Under the pieces are notes generated by a model, which did no database searches, was not told where the DNA came from, and saw only the letters and a list, made by a program, of their open reading frames with translations. Shown one piece after another: positions 13,870-26,746 of a stretch of 64,000 bases of DNA. This DNA comes from Octopus sinensis (lineage: Eukaryota), in contig NC_042999.1 of the NCBI RefSeq assembly GCF_006345805.1, positions 144,150,001-144,214,000 of the forward strand. The letters are read 5' to 3'. The stretch's first letter is position 1. Every line of letters starts with the position of its first letter. Both the position numbers and the translations under genes were made by a program.

Positions 13870-15180
13870 TACACTTTGTGCAGAATATGTCGGCAAACTT
13901 ACCAGCTTGGTAAGCTTGGTGAGAGTAGTTTTCGTTGGACACCATGCAAGACAAAAAAAACAAAACAGATGACCTCAGTCAACAGCTGGAAGTGAGAGAC
14001 CCCTAGTCTTTGCTAAGACATCTCTCTTGGAGAAGAAAAACTCTGGTATTACACCTGCGACTTCGTTTACATCCAATGATGTAAACATTTTCTTTTTGGA
14101 CAAATACGTGCGTTGTTTACAGAGTATGATTGGCCCTGTGCAAGGTTTTCCCTCGCGTTAAAAGACCTCAGAAACAGGCATCGATATTTAACATTTCTAT
14201 TATGTGCTTCCAACTATGGCTGGCCTTTATCGAAGAAGACGAGAAATTCCATGACGGAATAAAGAATTGTGTCAGTGTTAGCGGTAAGGATTCTGATAAA
14301 CCTGCAGAAGGGGCACTCATCGTTGCCACCTCTGTGCAAAAGTGTGTAGGTCCCTAGCAGGGCTGAAAATCCATTTCTAAGCTATTGATGTTTAATAGAA
14401 CAATCAAGCGATGATATTGCTCAGGATCCAGCTGAAACCATCGAGTATGCATTAAGAACGGCGAATGTCCACAAGTAGTGGAGCATAGGAAGATAAAGTT
14501 TTGCGGGAATGGTGAACGCTGCAAGTCAACCACCGTAGGGGATAAGAATTATCTAAAATGAAAGCGGGGCTGGGAGATCTCTGTTGACCTTGATTATATA
14601 TGTTACTTTTTGCCACCGAAAGAGCCAACCTTGTCATGTGGTGCAAAGAAAGGAAGGTGGTAGAGATTTCAAGCTGACAATTCTCCGAGAAGCAAACATC
14701 GGAAATGCTTTCCTATGAAAAAAACCCCAGAAAATACAGTGAGTTGATCGAACTCTGTCAAAACACTGAATGGGAGGCAATGCACCTTCATGTACAGATA
14801 GATATTAGAGGATTTGTTGACACCAGGATTTACTCGATGCTCAGGAGCTTTGCACTAGCTGTGAAGGAAGGCGAGAAAAAGGTATTGCCACAAAGTTCTC
14901 AAAAGCAGCAGAATAAGTAAGTCATTACGTCTGGCTCAAGAGAGAGAACGAGTGGTGCCGTAAGAATAATGATTGTAAAAACATCTGACCCAGAGTCGTA
15001 ACATCTGTTTTAATAAAGCTCATGTTTTTGTACGAGAGTTTTGACGCCTACATTGGTAGATGGCCACGGGCAGTGTCTCAGTGGAAGGGGCCAAAACACC
15101 TACAGAGCTGTTTCGCCGCCTAATGAGATATTGACTACTGCATTCAGAGACAGAGTACAGCAGCATCCACAGCACATCGG
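13870..15180 (+). mobile_element. Highly degraded RLE-type (Hero-like) non-LTR retrotransposon
   Basis: 14600-14950 translates to ERANLVMWCKERKVV..KYSELIELCQNTEWEAMHLHVQIDIRGFV..QKAAE..HYVWLKRE, resembling the Hero/NeSL RLE C-terminus (RPDIVLW..KY.DL..C...GW....VEVGCRGF..AAE..WLWLKR). Boundaries are approximate. Confidence 0.5.
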
Positions 15181-15477
15181 TGTTTACTCTAAATGCTTGT
15201 ATGTATGTATGTATGTATGTATGTATGTATGTATGTATGTATGTATGTATGTATGTATGTATGTATGTATGTATCTATGTATGTATGTATGCATGCATGC
15301 ATGCATGCATGTATGTATGTATGTATGTATGCATGTATGCATGTATGCATGTATGTATGTATGTATGTATGTATGTATGTATGTATGTATGCATGCATGC
15401 AAGCATGCATGCATGTATGCATGTATGTATGTATGTATGTATGTATGTATGTATGTATGTATTTATGTATGTATGTA

Positions 15478-15926
15478 CAGATTTGTATGTATTATCTATG
15501 TATTCTCATGCATATAGTTGCATATCTAGATATACTCACATATATAAATGATAAACTTCTGGAAAGTTCTACAGATTTTTACAGTTCCAGTGTTGGACTG
15601 GATCTGTAGTCTTTGAATTAGCTTCCTCCTTTCTGGTTTTGAGAAGCATAATTTCTCAAGATTGGTATTTAGGCAGTGTGTTACATATCCCAGGACCCCT
15701 ATAATTACAGGTATAAACCTGAACTTGTAATCTGGATAGAGTAACTAGATTTTTCAATAGTTCAGCATAAGTGTTCTTTTTTTCACTGATCTTCAGCTTT
15801 ATGTTAACATCAGCTGGACAGCTAATTTCCACACTTGTGCACAGTTTTTCTTCTTTATCCCAAATCGTTATATCAGGTCTGCTGCACTTACCTTTTCTTG
15901 AGGTCTTCACTGGTACATTCCACCAG

Positions 15927-15927
<1 letters not shown>
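15478..15927 (-). mobile_element. 5'-truncated copy of the (TACA)n-associated R4/Dong-like element
   Basis: [37 protein letters not shown]; closely similar to 4290-4730; ends in the (TATG)n array 15198-15477. Confidence 0.85.
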
Positions 15928-15966
<39 letters not shown>

Positions 15967-16017
15967 CTAACATATATATATATATATATTATATATATAT
16001 ATAAGCTAACATATATA

Positions 16018-16055
<38 letters not shown>

Positions 16056-16772
16056 TCTATCTCTCTCCCTCTCTTGTTCTTCATTCATTCTGGTTTTCTC
16101 TCCCACCCTTCTCTATTCTTCTCCTCTCCTCTTCACCGTTCCCTCTCTCTCACTCCTCCTCCTCCTTCTCGACTCTCTCGTCGCTGACACGTGACGAAAG
16201 AGAATCGACCTTTCTACCCACAACCTTCGTTAAGACTAAACGTGCTTATACTGTCTACTTCATAAGCTCGTCTTCCTAAGCGTTCATAATGTTTCTATCG
16301 TCTTGATTTAACAACCCTTACCGTTTATTTTTACTATTTTGTTCTCACTGTTCTATTTTTTACTGTTTTTACCTTTTTATTGTTTTTACTTTATTTTCTC
16401 ACTGTCCTGTTCTTGTTACCACTTTCACCCTCCACAAAAAATCACAAATTTTATTTAATTTGCTTTGCGGGAAGGACTGTTTCAACTAAGTTGCGTCTTG
16501 TCCTGGCCCTCGGAACTTGGAGTAGTTGAAACAGGGACAACTGAAGAAGGGGAATATTGTTTATGTTGTATGTCTCGTTTCTCTGTTTGTTTTTTTTCGT
16601 TGTTCGAAAAAAAGTTCGTTTTTATGTTTTTGTTTTTATGTTTTCGTTTTTCATTGTTCAACGTTTTTTTGATGCCCTGTACCCATATATGCATGTATAT
16701 ATACATATATATGTAGGTATGTACATATACGTATGTATATATGCATATATTTATATATATATATTGTGATAT

Positions 16773-16849
<77 letters not shown>

Positions 16850-17697
16850 GTGTGTGTGTGCGCGTGTGTGTGTGTGTTCATACTAGGAAACTTGATTAGA
16901 GAAATTTTGAAATGCTTTGCACATCTTTATCTTACTACTAATCGACTGGATTTGTAGGATGCAAGTCAGTTCGCTTTCTTCTTTCTTGGCAAACCTCCAG
17001 ACTTTAATGTGAATCTGTTGTTACATAGCCTTGTTCATCGATGGTAGCGCACACACACGAGAAAGTAGACGTAGACACACACACACATACTTATATCTAT
17101 GTATATATGTATGCATACATGTATGTATGCATGCATGTATGTATGTATGTATGTATGTATGTAAGTATGTATGTATGCATGTATGTATGTATGTATGTAT
17201 GTATGTATGTATGTATGTATGTATAGTTGGATGTATGTATTCGTACGCATGTATGTATGTAGCAAGTATTGCAGATTACAGTTACCGAAACAATTAAATA
17301 GCTATCACAAGTATTTATCTCTCTTGTCTGGCTGGTAATGTCAGATGGGGTAAGTTATTGCTGTCTAATACCTTTAGAATGGAGAGAGGTAACGGCTGGG
17401 TTGCAGACAGGGAGGAAGAAGCAATTTGTAGTTTTGGAGAATCACATACAGGCTAGTTCGTTTGTTCTTTGGAAATATTAAACTGTTGTTGTTACTGGGG
17501 GGTGGGGGTGATATTATAGTAATGTTTGTAGACATGGTGTACAACCTGCCATTTTTTACATTTTCGCTTTGATCCCAAATCAACGGTGCCAGTCAGGGAG
17601 AACGTTAGGAAAAGAGAGGAGGAGCAGGAACACATTGCGAACTTTAATAATTCCGTTAGGAAAAGTCATCCATCATTTTGCAGAATATTTCATTATC

Positions 17698-17812
17698 TTG
17701 TTGTTGCTGTTGTTGTTGTTGTTGTTGTTGTCGTCGTCGTCGTCGTTATTGTTGTTGTTGTTATTGTTGTTTTTGTAGTTGTTGTTGATATTGTTTTTGC
17801 TGCTCTTGTTGC

Positions 17813-17845
<33 letters not shown>

Positions 17846-17888
17846 GGTGGTTGTGGTGGTGGTGGTGGTGGTGGTGGTGGTGGTGGTG

Positions 17889-17923
<35 letters not shown>

Positions 17924-18019
17924 GGGGGGCTGCGGTGGTGGTGATTGTTGTTGTTCATACTACTATTGTTTTCTTTATTTTATAGTTTACATATTGTACT
18001 ACCTCTGCAACTACTATTT

Positions 18020-18067
<48 letters not shown>

Positions 18068-18158
18068 TTACTATTACTACTACTACAACTACTACTACTA
18101 CTATTACTACTACAACTACTACTACTACTTATAATAATAATAATAATAATAATAATAA
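17698..18158. repeat. Compound trinucleotide microsatellite (GTT/GTG/GTC, then TAC, then TAA)
   Basis: Directly visible. Confidence 0.95.
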
Positions 18159-18159
18159 T

Positions 18160-19953
18160 TCTTTTCTCGGCCACAAGAGCTTACATAAAAACAACATGAA
18201 ATAACAAAACAGAACGATACAAAGTGTTTTAGAACGCGTAAATAGACTAACAAACAAATTTAAAACAAATAATACTTCCAATAGGAGGAGACGCTTTAAA
18301 GCTACACGTGGAAAAACCCACAAAAGCCACGGGTTCCTGACCAACAGGGCAAGAGCCCTACTCCTTATATTTTTCATAGGCGCATCCTCAAAATGGGTCC
18401 TTTCACATTGGACATTTTCCCGACATTCACCCACCTTTCAACAAATTTGCTAGAAGGTAAAAACTTTCCTCTCCACCCTCACTTTCCTTTTCAAGTAAAA
18501 CTTGAAAATCTTTATGAGGCCTTGGCCATAGAGGACAGTATCTGTCTTTAGCTCTTCAAACGTGTCCGCCACACTACCTCTTTTGCTACAGCCACCAAGC
18601 AAATAAAAATTGCCTGCCCCTCCCGGTTAAAGGAGGTCGACGAGGCAATCTTCACTATGGATTAAGCTGATAGCTGGATCCGTCCTACACGAGACAGCAG
18701 GTGTTCGACATAAACCCACAGGTCAGCAATGCTCGGGCACTGGGCGATGGCGTGCAGAACGGTTTCGTCGCTCTACGCGCACTACGAGTAGGCTCGGCTG
18801 ACGGCACTTTAGTGCCTGTAAAGTTTATCCTGAACAGGCAGCGCCCCTCGATAGTACTGCCAGGTGAGGGATTTCTGGAAGTTATCCATAGACCCCAGCC
18901 CGAAAGTTCTCCGAAACAAAGCGGTCAGTTGATCTTCGTCGACGCCTAGAGTTTCTCCGAGAACGTCGTCACACTTTTCCTCCACTAACCCTCTATACAA
19001 CGCTAGAGTGAAACTACCATCGACCATGTTTCCCGCCAGGCGGAGGGCTGTGAGCGCTTGACGGCACTCGAAGTGTCAAGCGCCCCTCCTCGGTCCACAT
19101 TTAATCCAGGATTGCAGCTCAGTCAAGGAGGCGAGCTGTGGAAGAGCGAGTCTGACAAACGGCGACCACACTTGCTCACCGTCAAAGAAACGCTGGAGAT
19201 GCCGCAGCCTGAGCGTATGTTTGCGCATCAGCAACTAGGGCATGCCCAGGCTCCCATTCAGCGGCTATTGATAGCAGATGGAGCACCTTACCAGCGGAAC
19301 GAGACCCTTCTACAGAAAGCGGAAGAGTAAGGGAACAAACTTGTTCAGCCAACATAAGGGGCAAGGGAAGACTGTGAAGTGGTAATAGATGACGGATGCG
19401 ATGTACGCATTCGCCACCTCGGCTCGACCTTTCAGGGACAGCTTCCCCTCGGCTCATTTCTGGGTGAGATTGGCCACCCTATTCGTCACCTCGTCCCAGT
19501 TTTTCTCCACCTGGGGGTCTGGAGCAAACCAGACACCGAGCAATTTAACCGGACCGTCTGACCAGCATCCCACAATGCTGTTGGGCGGCGTGAACTTGCC
19601 TCTCCAGGTATCGAGTTGCAAGCTCACTGACTTTTCTGCGTTTATCTTTTCTCCTGTCACCACTTCATATTCTTTTAGTGTGTCGTTTAGCAGATCTATA
19701 CGCCTGTGGATCGACACTATCACAGTGACATCGTCGGCGTAAGCAGAGTCAGTACATACAGAAGAGAGGAGAGAGGGTACCCATGACGGACCGAAAGCAA
19801 GATGCTGAGTGGCTCTGACAAGTGATCATTCACCCGAACAACCGAGCAGATGCCGCTGTACAAAGCAGCGATCCAACTGCGAAAAACTGGACCGAAACCG
19901 ACTGCCGTGAGAACACCTGCCAAGTATTGATGGTCGACCCTATCGAAGGCTTT
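18160..19953 (-). mobile_element. 5'-truncated L1/Tx1-clade LINE
   Basis: KAFDRVDHQYL, GFGPVFRSWI..LYS, SVRHGYPLSSLLYVL, AYADDVT, VKLLGVWF, RGALPVQDKL and a C-terminal ETVLHAIAQCP knuckle; (AAT)n on both sides. Confidence 0.85.
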
Positions 19954-20031
<78 letters not shown>

Positions 20032-20048
20032 TGATGATGATGATGATA

Positions 20049-20107
<59 letters not shown>

Positions 20108-20110
<3 letters not shown>

Positions 20111-20640
20111 GCTCTGATGCAGTACCTGGCAGTGACTCTCATGGCTCCTGATCTTAACTGATTGGAAATGTTATCATGTACATTGTTTTGTCTTGGTATA
20201 AAAGATGGGCTACAGCAAATATTCTACTCGATACCACATATTTGCGTGTCAGTTGTTTGACCTTAACCAGTTGAGCATGTCTCTTAGTGGCTGACGATAT
20301 GTGCATCTCTGATTACGAGCAGAAGTAGTGGGGGAGCATCATAGCCGTGTGTTGAAAGAAATTCACTCAAAGGTTTGGATAATTCACCTTTGGAAAAATG
20401 GGTGATTCGTTCACCATCCTTAAACAATCCTTATCCAGGGACCTTTTGAGTGGGATGGGTTACCCAACCAGAAGAAAATTCTAACTGGGCCCCACCTGCA
20501 AGGTCCTGCGCTGTTTATCTTGATATGAAATCATGTCGCACACATATGGTTGTGATGCATGTGCCTGGTGCACCCTTATCAAACGGGTAGTCATGATGGG
20601 TGCCACTTTGATGGCATGCGCTGCTCTCTCACTCACTCAA
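20108..20640 (+). mobile_element. Unclassified ~530-bp non-coding retro-repeat in (AAT)n, copy 1
   Basis: Closely similar to 20713-21180; both copies end ...CACTC(AAT)n; no ORF. Confidence 0.7.
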
Positions 20641-20660
20641 TAATAATAATAATAATAATA

Positions 20661-20705
<45 letters not shown>

Positions 20706-20712
20706 TAATAAT

Positions 20713-21180
20713 AAAGATGGGCTACAGCAAATATTCAGCTCAATACCACAGATTTGCTTGTCAGTTATTTGACCGTAACCAGTCGAGCATGTCCCTTAGT
20801 GGCTGACGATATGTGCATCTCTGATCACGAGTAGAAGTAGTGGGGGAGCATCATAGCCATGTGTTGAGAGGGATTCTTTGGGGTTTGAATGATTCACCTC
20901 TGGAAACATGGGTGTTTCATTCAACATCCTTAAACAAGCCTTAATCAGGGACCTTTTGAGTGGGATGGGTTACCCAACCAGAAGAAAATTCTAACTGGGC
21001 CCCACCCGCAAGGTCATGCGCTGTTTATCTTGTTATGAGATCACCATGTCGCGCACATATGGTTGTGATGCATGTGCCTGGTGTACCCTTATCAGACGGG
21101 TAGTCATGATGGGTATACTGGGCTTTGTACATTTTACCCCAGTGCTACTTTGATGGCATGCGCTGCTCTCTTATTCACTC
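20713..21180 (+). mobile_element. Unclassified non-coding retro-repeat in (AAT)n, copy 2 (5'-truncated)
   Basis: Starts at AAAGATGGGCTACAGC, about 90 bp into copy 1, and shares its 3' end. Confidence 0.7.
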
Positions 21181-21258
<78 letters not shown>

Positions 21259-21261
<3 letters not shown>

Positions 21262-21540
21262 GAAAAAGAAAGAAGGTGAAGATAGTGCCAGTTATTATTG
21301 AGTCCTTGGTGACAGTATCAGAAGGCATCAAAAGGAAATCGGAAATAAAGGAAATCAGAATGGAGGGCCCAGTAGAACTGTTACATAAGGTTCGTCTCCT
21401 TGGCATTGCCAGGATGATCAGGAAAGTATTAGGTATTTGAGAAGAACAGATAGTATAGTGCCGTAGACTGCAGGCAGCAAGCCCGCTCCGCATGCAAGAC
21501 TCCAGGAGTTCCAACAAAACCTGAGATAAAAAGAAAAATG
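21259..21540 (+). mobile_element. 3' end of an (AAT)n-associated R4/Dong-like retrotransposon
   Basis: KVKIVPVIIESLVTVS..ELLHKVRLLGIARMIRKVLGI* (R4-type C-terminus) plus 3'UTR and AAT tail; second copy at 24808-25012. Confidence 0.75.
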
Positions 21541-22025
21541 ATAATAATGATGATGATTTCAAATTTTGGCACAAGGCCAGCAATTTCGAGGGTAATAATT
21601 TGTACTCATAACATAAAGACAGACGAAATGCTGCTAAGCATTTTGCCCGGGATGCTAATGAATCTGTCAGGATGCAAGACAAAGTCGACCTCAGCGGAAT
21701 TCAACTCAGAACGTAGCGGTAGGCGAAATATCGCTAAGTGTTTTACCCGACGAGTTAACGATTCTACAAATGATTATTGATAATAATAATCTGGTGTGTT
21801 TAATTTAATGGCTTACAATGTATACAGTGAGTTTCTTTGCCCTAAATGTCGGGAAGAAGACAGTCGACAAGAAATGGAAACAAAATTGAAAGAAGAGGAT
21901 AATGATAATAATAATAATAGTAATTCTTTTGAGGTCGATAAAATAAATGCCAGTTAAGCATTGGGGTCGATGTAATCGACTTAACCCCTCCCCCAAACTT
22001 GCTGGCCTTGTGCCAAAATTTGAAA

Positions 22026-22266
22026 TCATTATTATAATTATTGTTATTATTGTTATTATTGTTATTATTGTTGTCCTCGTCGTTACTGTTGTTGTTACTG
22101 CTGCTGCTCCTGAAGAAGAAGAAGAAGAAGAAGAAGAAGAAGAAGAAGAAGAAGAAGAAGAAGAAGAAGAAGAAGAAGAAAGAAGAAGAAGAACAAGAAC
22201 AAGAAGAACAAGAACAAGAACAAGAACAAGAACAAGAAGAACAAGAAGAACAAGAACAAGAACAAG

Positions 22267-22297
<31 letters not shown>

Positions 22298-22312
22298 GCA
22301 GCAACAACAACA
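22026..22312. repeat. Compound microsatellite (ATT/GTT, GAA, GAACAA, CAA)
   Basis: Directly visible. Confidence 0.95.
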
Positions 22313-22679
22313 CTGATAGTTCCTTTACCTCTTCTACCTGATTCTCTGATTCGTTTGTTGAAATGTACTTTTTTATGTTTTTATTTTTCTTGTTTCCCCA
22401 CCCCTTCCTAAATTCAGATCTAATGCCAAAACATCACTATGGAGAGAGGAGCTTGTTTATGTATGAGCAAAAAGAAAAAAGACTTACACACACATACATA
22501 TGTATGTATGTATGTATGTATGTACGCATGTATGTACGTATGTAAGTATGTGTGTATTTATGTATGTATGTATTTATGTATGTATGTATGTTTGTATGTA
22601 CGTATGTATGTATGTATGTATGTATGTATGTATGTATGTATGTATGTATGTATGTATGTATGTATGTATGTATATATAA

Positions 22680-22845
22680 GCTGGCACTCCGCCGGTTACG
22701 ACGATGAGTATTCCGGCTGATACGATCAACAGAACAGCCTTCTTGCGAAATTAACGTGCAAGTGGTTGAGCACTACCTTTAATGCAATTCTCGGGGAAAT
22801 TGAGCGTGATTCAGAATCTGACAAGACTGACCCTTTGAAATGCAT
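22680..22845 (-). mobile_element. 3' part of SINE family C
   Basis: Reverse complement of the tail of 27326-27643 (..CACTTGCACGTTAATTTC..CTGTT..GATCGTATCAGC..CGTCGTAACCGGCGGAGT). Confidence 0.7.
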
Positions 22846-22943
22846 ATACAGATCATTTTTGCCAGATGAGTCGAGACACAATACGCAACCAGGAATATAT
22901 GTACATATATTTATATGTATATACGTATGTATATGTATGTATG

Positions 22944-22975
<32 letters not shown>

Positions 22976-24003
22976 TGTATGTATGTATGTATGTATGTAT
23001 GCGTACATGTATGTATGTATGTGTGTATGTAGAGAGACAGACAGAGACAGGAACAGAGACAGAGGCAGGAGGAGGGGAGAAGAGAAATATAGGTATATCG
23101 AATAATATAGAACATAAATTCTTGATTCATTTAGATTATCTCCGCCTCTAGCGGATCTATCACAATTACCAAATGACAATTGAGAATAGTTTCATATTGA
23201 GAAAAGGAGATTGTCTCAACAATCAAGAATTTTCAAAAGAGAATTGAGGAAAAGGACAGGCTTAATTTCAGGAGATAGGGGAATAGTTACGGAGGCGTGT
23301 TTTCGCCTTAATATGCGTCCTCAGCGTAACAATTGTCTAAATCTATCTCCCGCACCTAAGAAACATAGACATACAAAAAAGTGCAGAACATATTGATGGC
23401 TGAGGTAACTTGCATAGAGCAAGCAAAAATTAGCTAAGAGAAATATCTCAGCAGCCAGTGGCATGTATGTATAAGAACAGCACACGCCTATATATTTGCA
23501 GGAATATTTTAAATCATTTTGTTGAATTAACGAACTCACAATTCATATATGTATTAAATACCTTGTTCAAGAGTGGATAGTAGGAAATTATCCAGCTGTT
23601 GTCAATTTCATGTTGTCCAACCGAGGTTGGAAGCTTCAATATTCTGGTACTCTACTGTAAGACATATAAACATCTTCCCCTATTTGGATATCCTTGACAG
23701 ATGGTTTTGAAAATCATTTAGGACATTTGTTGTTTTCCATGTGAAATTACGTCACAGGAACGATAAATAAAATCTGAAAATTCTGCAGATATGATGGAAT
23801 CAATTTGCTTGAAATGAATCTTATTTGTAAACCAATCAAGATGTGTGCATGTGGTACCAAACTGTAGTTATGTAAAACCTTTCATAAATGTAGAAAGCAC
23901 CACATCACATTAATGTAATTAATGTAATAATTTGTTTGTGGCATTGCTGATGACAACATCATTTGTAGTTAATTTCTCGCAAAAGACTACATTTGATAAT
24001 TAA

Positions 24004-24242
24004 CACATCCAACTTAAATCGGATGTGTTGCTTATATCGTCTTAAACTTCTGTTAACGTCCAGAGATACTATTTCATGTTGACATGTGCTAATTAAGCAC
24101 TTACTATATCGGCTGATGAGAAAATCGTTTGCACTAGTAGTCGGTACTACCTATCACGTGATTTCACTGGTTCTACAGATCCTCAGCGACATCCTGCCTC
24201 GCACCGAATGTCAAACAACACATCCAATTTAAGTTGGATATG
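24004..24242. mobile_element. TTAA-flanked MITE whose TIRs are themselves palindromic
   Basis: Inverted repeat 23997-24030 / 24216-24249 (2 mismatches in 34 bp); TTAA at 24000-24003 and 24243-24246. Confidence 0.7.
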
Positions 24243-24807
24243 TTAATTAATATTCGTAACAAACAGCTACTGTCGCTAATTTAGGCTATATTTAGTGCTA
24301 ACCATAATTTGAACTCGCGTCTTCCCGCTTAAATTAATTAAAGTCAGCTGCTACACCAAACTAATCTTCTGCTAAAACTTTTATTTTGCAACTGACTTCT
24401 AAAGGCAGAGAGGAAGATAAAAAGAAAAACAAAGAAGGAATGTATGTGACAGAGAGAGGGGAGAGAGAAAGAAACAGAGACAGAGACAGGCAGACAGAGA
24501 CAGGCAGAGACAGGCAGACAGAGACAGATAGAGGGAGACAGAGTTATGTAAAAAGAAAGGGAGGATAAAAGGAGAGAGAAATAGACAGAGATAGTTTGAA
24601 CTAGAAAGAAAGGAAAGAGAATCACTGGAAGTAGCGAAATTTTCAGTGAGGTGTAAAAAACAGGAACAATAGTAAAACACAGATTCAATACGATGTTGGC
24701 AGGGAGGAGAGCTTTAACGAACAAAAAGAGAGGCGGTAAAATAAAAGAGGGGAGGAAAAGATGAACATACAAAATTTCTAAAACATATAATCAAATGTAA
24801 TATTACA

Positions 24808-25012
24808 CAAAATGGAGGAATATAAAGGAAATTGGAATGGAGTGCCCATTAGAACTGTTGCAAAAGGTTTGCATACCTGGCACGGCCAGAATAATCAGGA
24901 AAGCATTAGATATCTGAAAGGAACGAATAACATGGTACCGTAGGCTGCATGTAGTAAGCCCGCTACGCATGCAAGACTCGAGGAGCTCCAACAAAATTTG
25001 TGATAAATAGAC
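24808..25012 (+). mobile_element. 3' end of the (AAT)n-associated R4/Dong-like element, second copy
   Basis: KEIGMECPLELLQKVCIPGTARIIRKALDI*, same 3'UTR as 21259-21540, followed by (AAT)n. Confidence 0.75.
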
Positions 25013-25061
<49 letters not shown>

Positions 25062-25220
25062 TCGAAAATGTATCTCTGCAAAATTTTGTTAAAAAGTATG
25101 CATTTGTCAGAAAGTTGTGAAGTAACAAATACAAGGGGACGGGACACCAAACTGTAGTTATACCAAAGCATGTTAGATGTACAAAGCACTATCACATTTG
25201 CGAATTAATGCAATATTCTT

Positions 25221-25706
25221 TTAATAAATTTGGGATCTAGTCTTTCTCATCCGCAAAATTTGCTCCGCTTAATTTTACTCAGATTGCCTTCATTTTTGGT
25301 GTATCGATACAACTCTGAATTTTTATTACGATCAACCAATTACTTTATCTCGTAAATTAAAGAATCTGATGTTATTTGGAATCAAATTTGGGAAATTTGG
25401 GTAATTTTAGCCAATCAACAGACAGCGTGGCATTAGCGTGGCATGACAACAGGACGCTGTGTTGTGATTCACTTCACTGTTGTCTGTGACGCACGTTGTT
25501 CGATGTTGATTTTTTACAATTGATTCTTCACACCACGAGATTCTTTTCACCAACGTGTTTTGTTTTAATTTTCTATGTTAGTATATTACATATTTTTCTG
25601 TGCTTCAGTGTGTTAGTATTTTTCTGTGCTCTTTGTGTATTTATTCTTATCGTAGTTTACAAATTCAAGCATGAAAACGTTACTCAACTTTGGAGTTTTG
25701 GAGACA

Positions 25707-25745
<39 letters not shown>

Positions 25746-26243
25746 TAATGATGTACATATATACATGGTAGGTATACGTAATACTGAAATATGCATAAAG
25801 GAAACACATGCAGACAAATATATTAATATAACAAATTTTTAAAATAAAAAAATGCAATTAATGAATGAGAAAGACTAGATCCAGATGATACAGGTTGATT
25901 TTATTAGGTATTTCTGTTTATTTGCAAACCTACATTGAAACTAGGTATTTCTGTTTATTTACAAACCTACAATGAACAAGTCAGACGCTACATTTCACGG
26001 GATACAACTTTAAAGTTAAAACCGCTCTGCTAAACGCAGGAAAATTCTCGCTATTGGCTAAAAAGGCCCAATTTTTTTTTTAAACATCTGTAACTTTTTC
26101 CGATTTTTTTTCTCCACAACATCACACCCTCAAAGCAATGAGACTGGAATGCTACATTATTATCGCCAATTTTCAGATTTTTTACAGTCTTCTACAAAAA
26201 GCATATTTTACGAATGAAAAAAACTAGATCCTAAATTTGTTAA
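25221..26243. mobile_element. ~1-kb non-autonomous DNA transposon with ~43-bp imperfect TIRs, TTAA at both ends
   Basis: TTAATAAATTTGGGATCTAGTCTTTCTCATCCGCAAAATTTGC versus reverse complement TTAACAAATTTAGGATCTAGTTTTTTTCATTCGTAAAATATGC. Confidence 0.65.
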
Positions 26244-26349
26244 TGTTTTCTCCAATTATTTTTAACGTATGCACAATTTGCAATCTTTAACAAAACTACC
26301 ATCATTTTTTACGTCACGGGTATACCAGTAGATATTGTAATATAATATG

Positions 26350-26381
<32 letters not shown>

Positions 26382-26420
26382 CATACATACATACTAATGT
26401 GGGTCTTGTATTAGCATACA

Positions 26421-26582
26421 TATATATATTAGACAAAAATGAGGTAACAAAGCCAAGGCTGCGAGGAGTTTTCAGAACATCTATAAGGAAAAAGATATAG
26501 ATATAGTCTATATTTTTTTCCTTATAAATGTTTCGAAAACTCCTCGAAGCCTTGGCTTTGCTATCTCACTTTGTCTAATATA

Positions 26583-26584
<2 letters not shown>
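26421..26584. repeat. Long imperfect palindrome (fold-back, ~78-bp arms)
   Basis: ..CAAAGCCAAGGCTGCGAGGAGTTTTC..TAAGGAAAAAGATATAGA versus TCTATATTTTTTTCCTTA..GAAAACTCCTCGAAGCCTTGGCTTTG. Confidence 0.9.
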
Positions 26585-26648
<64 letters not shown>

Positions 26649-26703
26649 TGCGCGCGCGCGGCGTGCGTGCGTGCGTGCGTGTGCGTGTGTGTGCATGTAT
26701 GTT

Positions 26704-26746
<43 letters not shown>

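Noticed and set aside
16440-16560. Second hammerhead candidate (CTGAAGA next to a 12-bp stem)
   Set aside because: No stem II-GAAA-stem III arrangement follows; left as an unclassified repeat-like segment.
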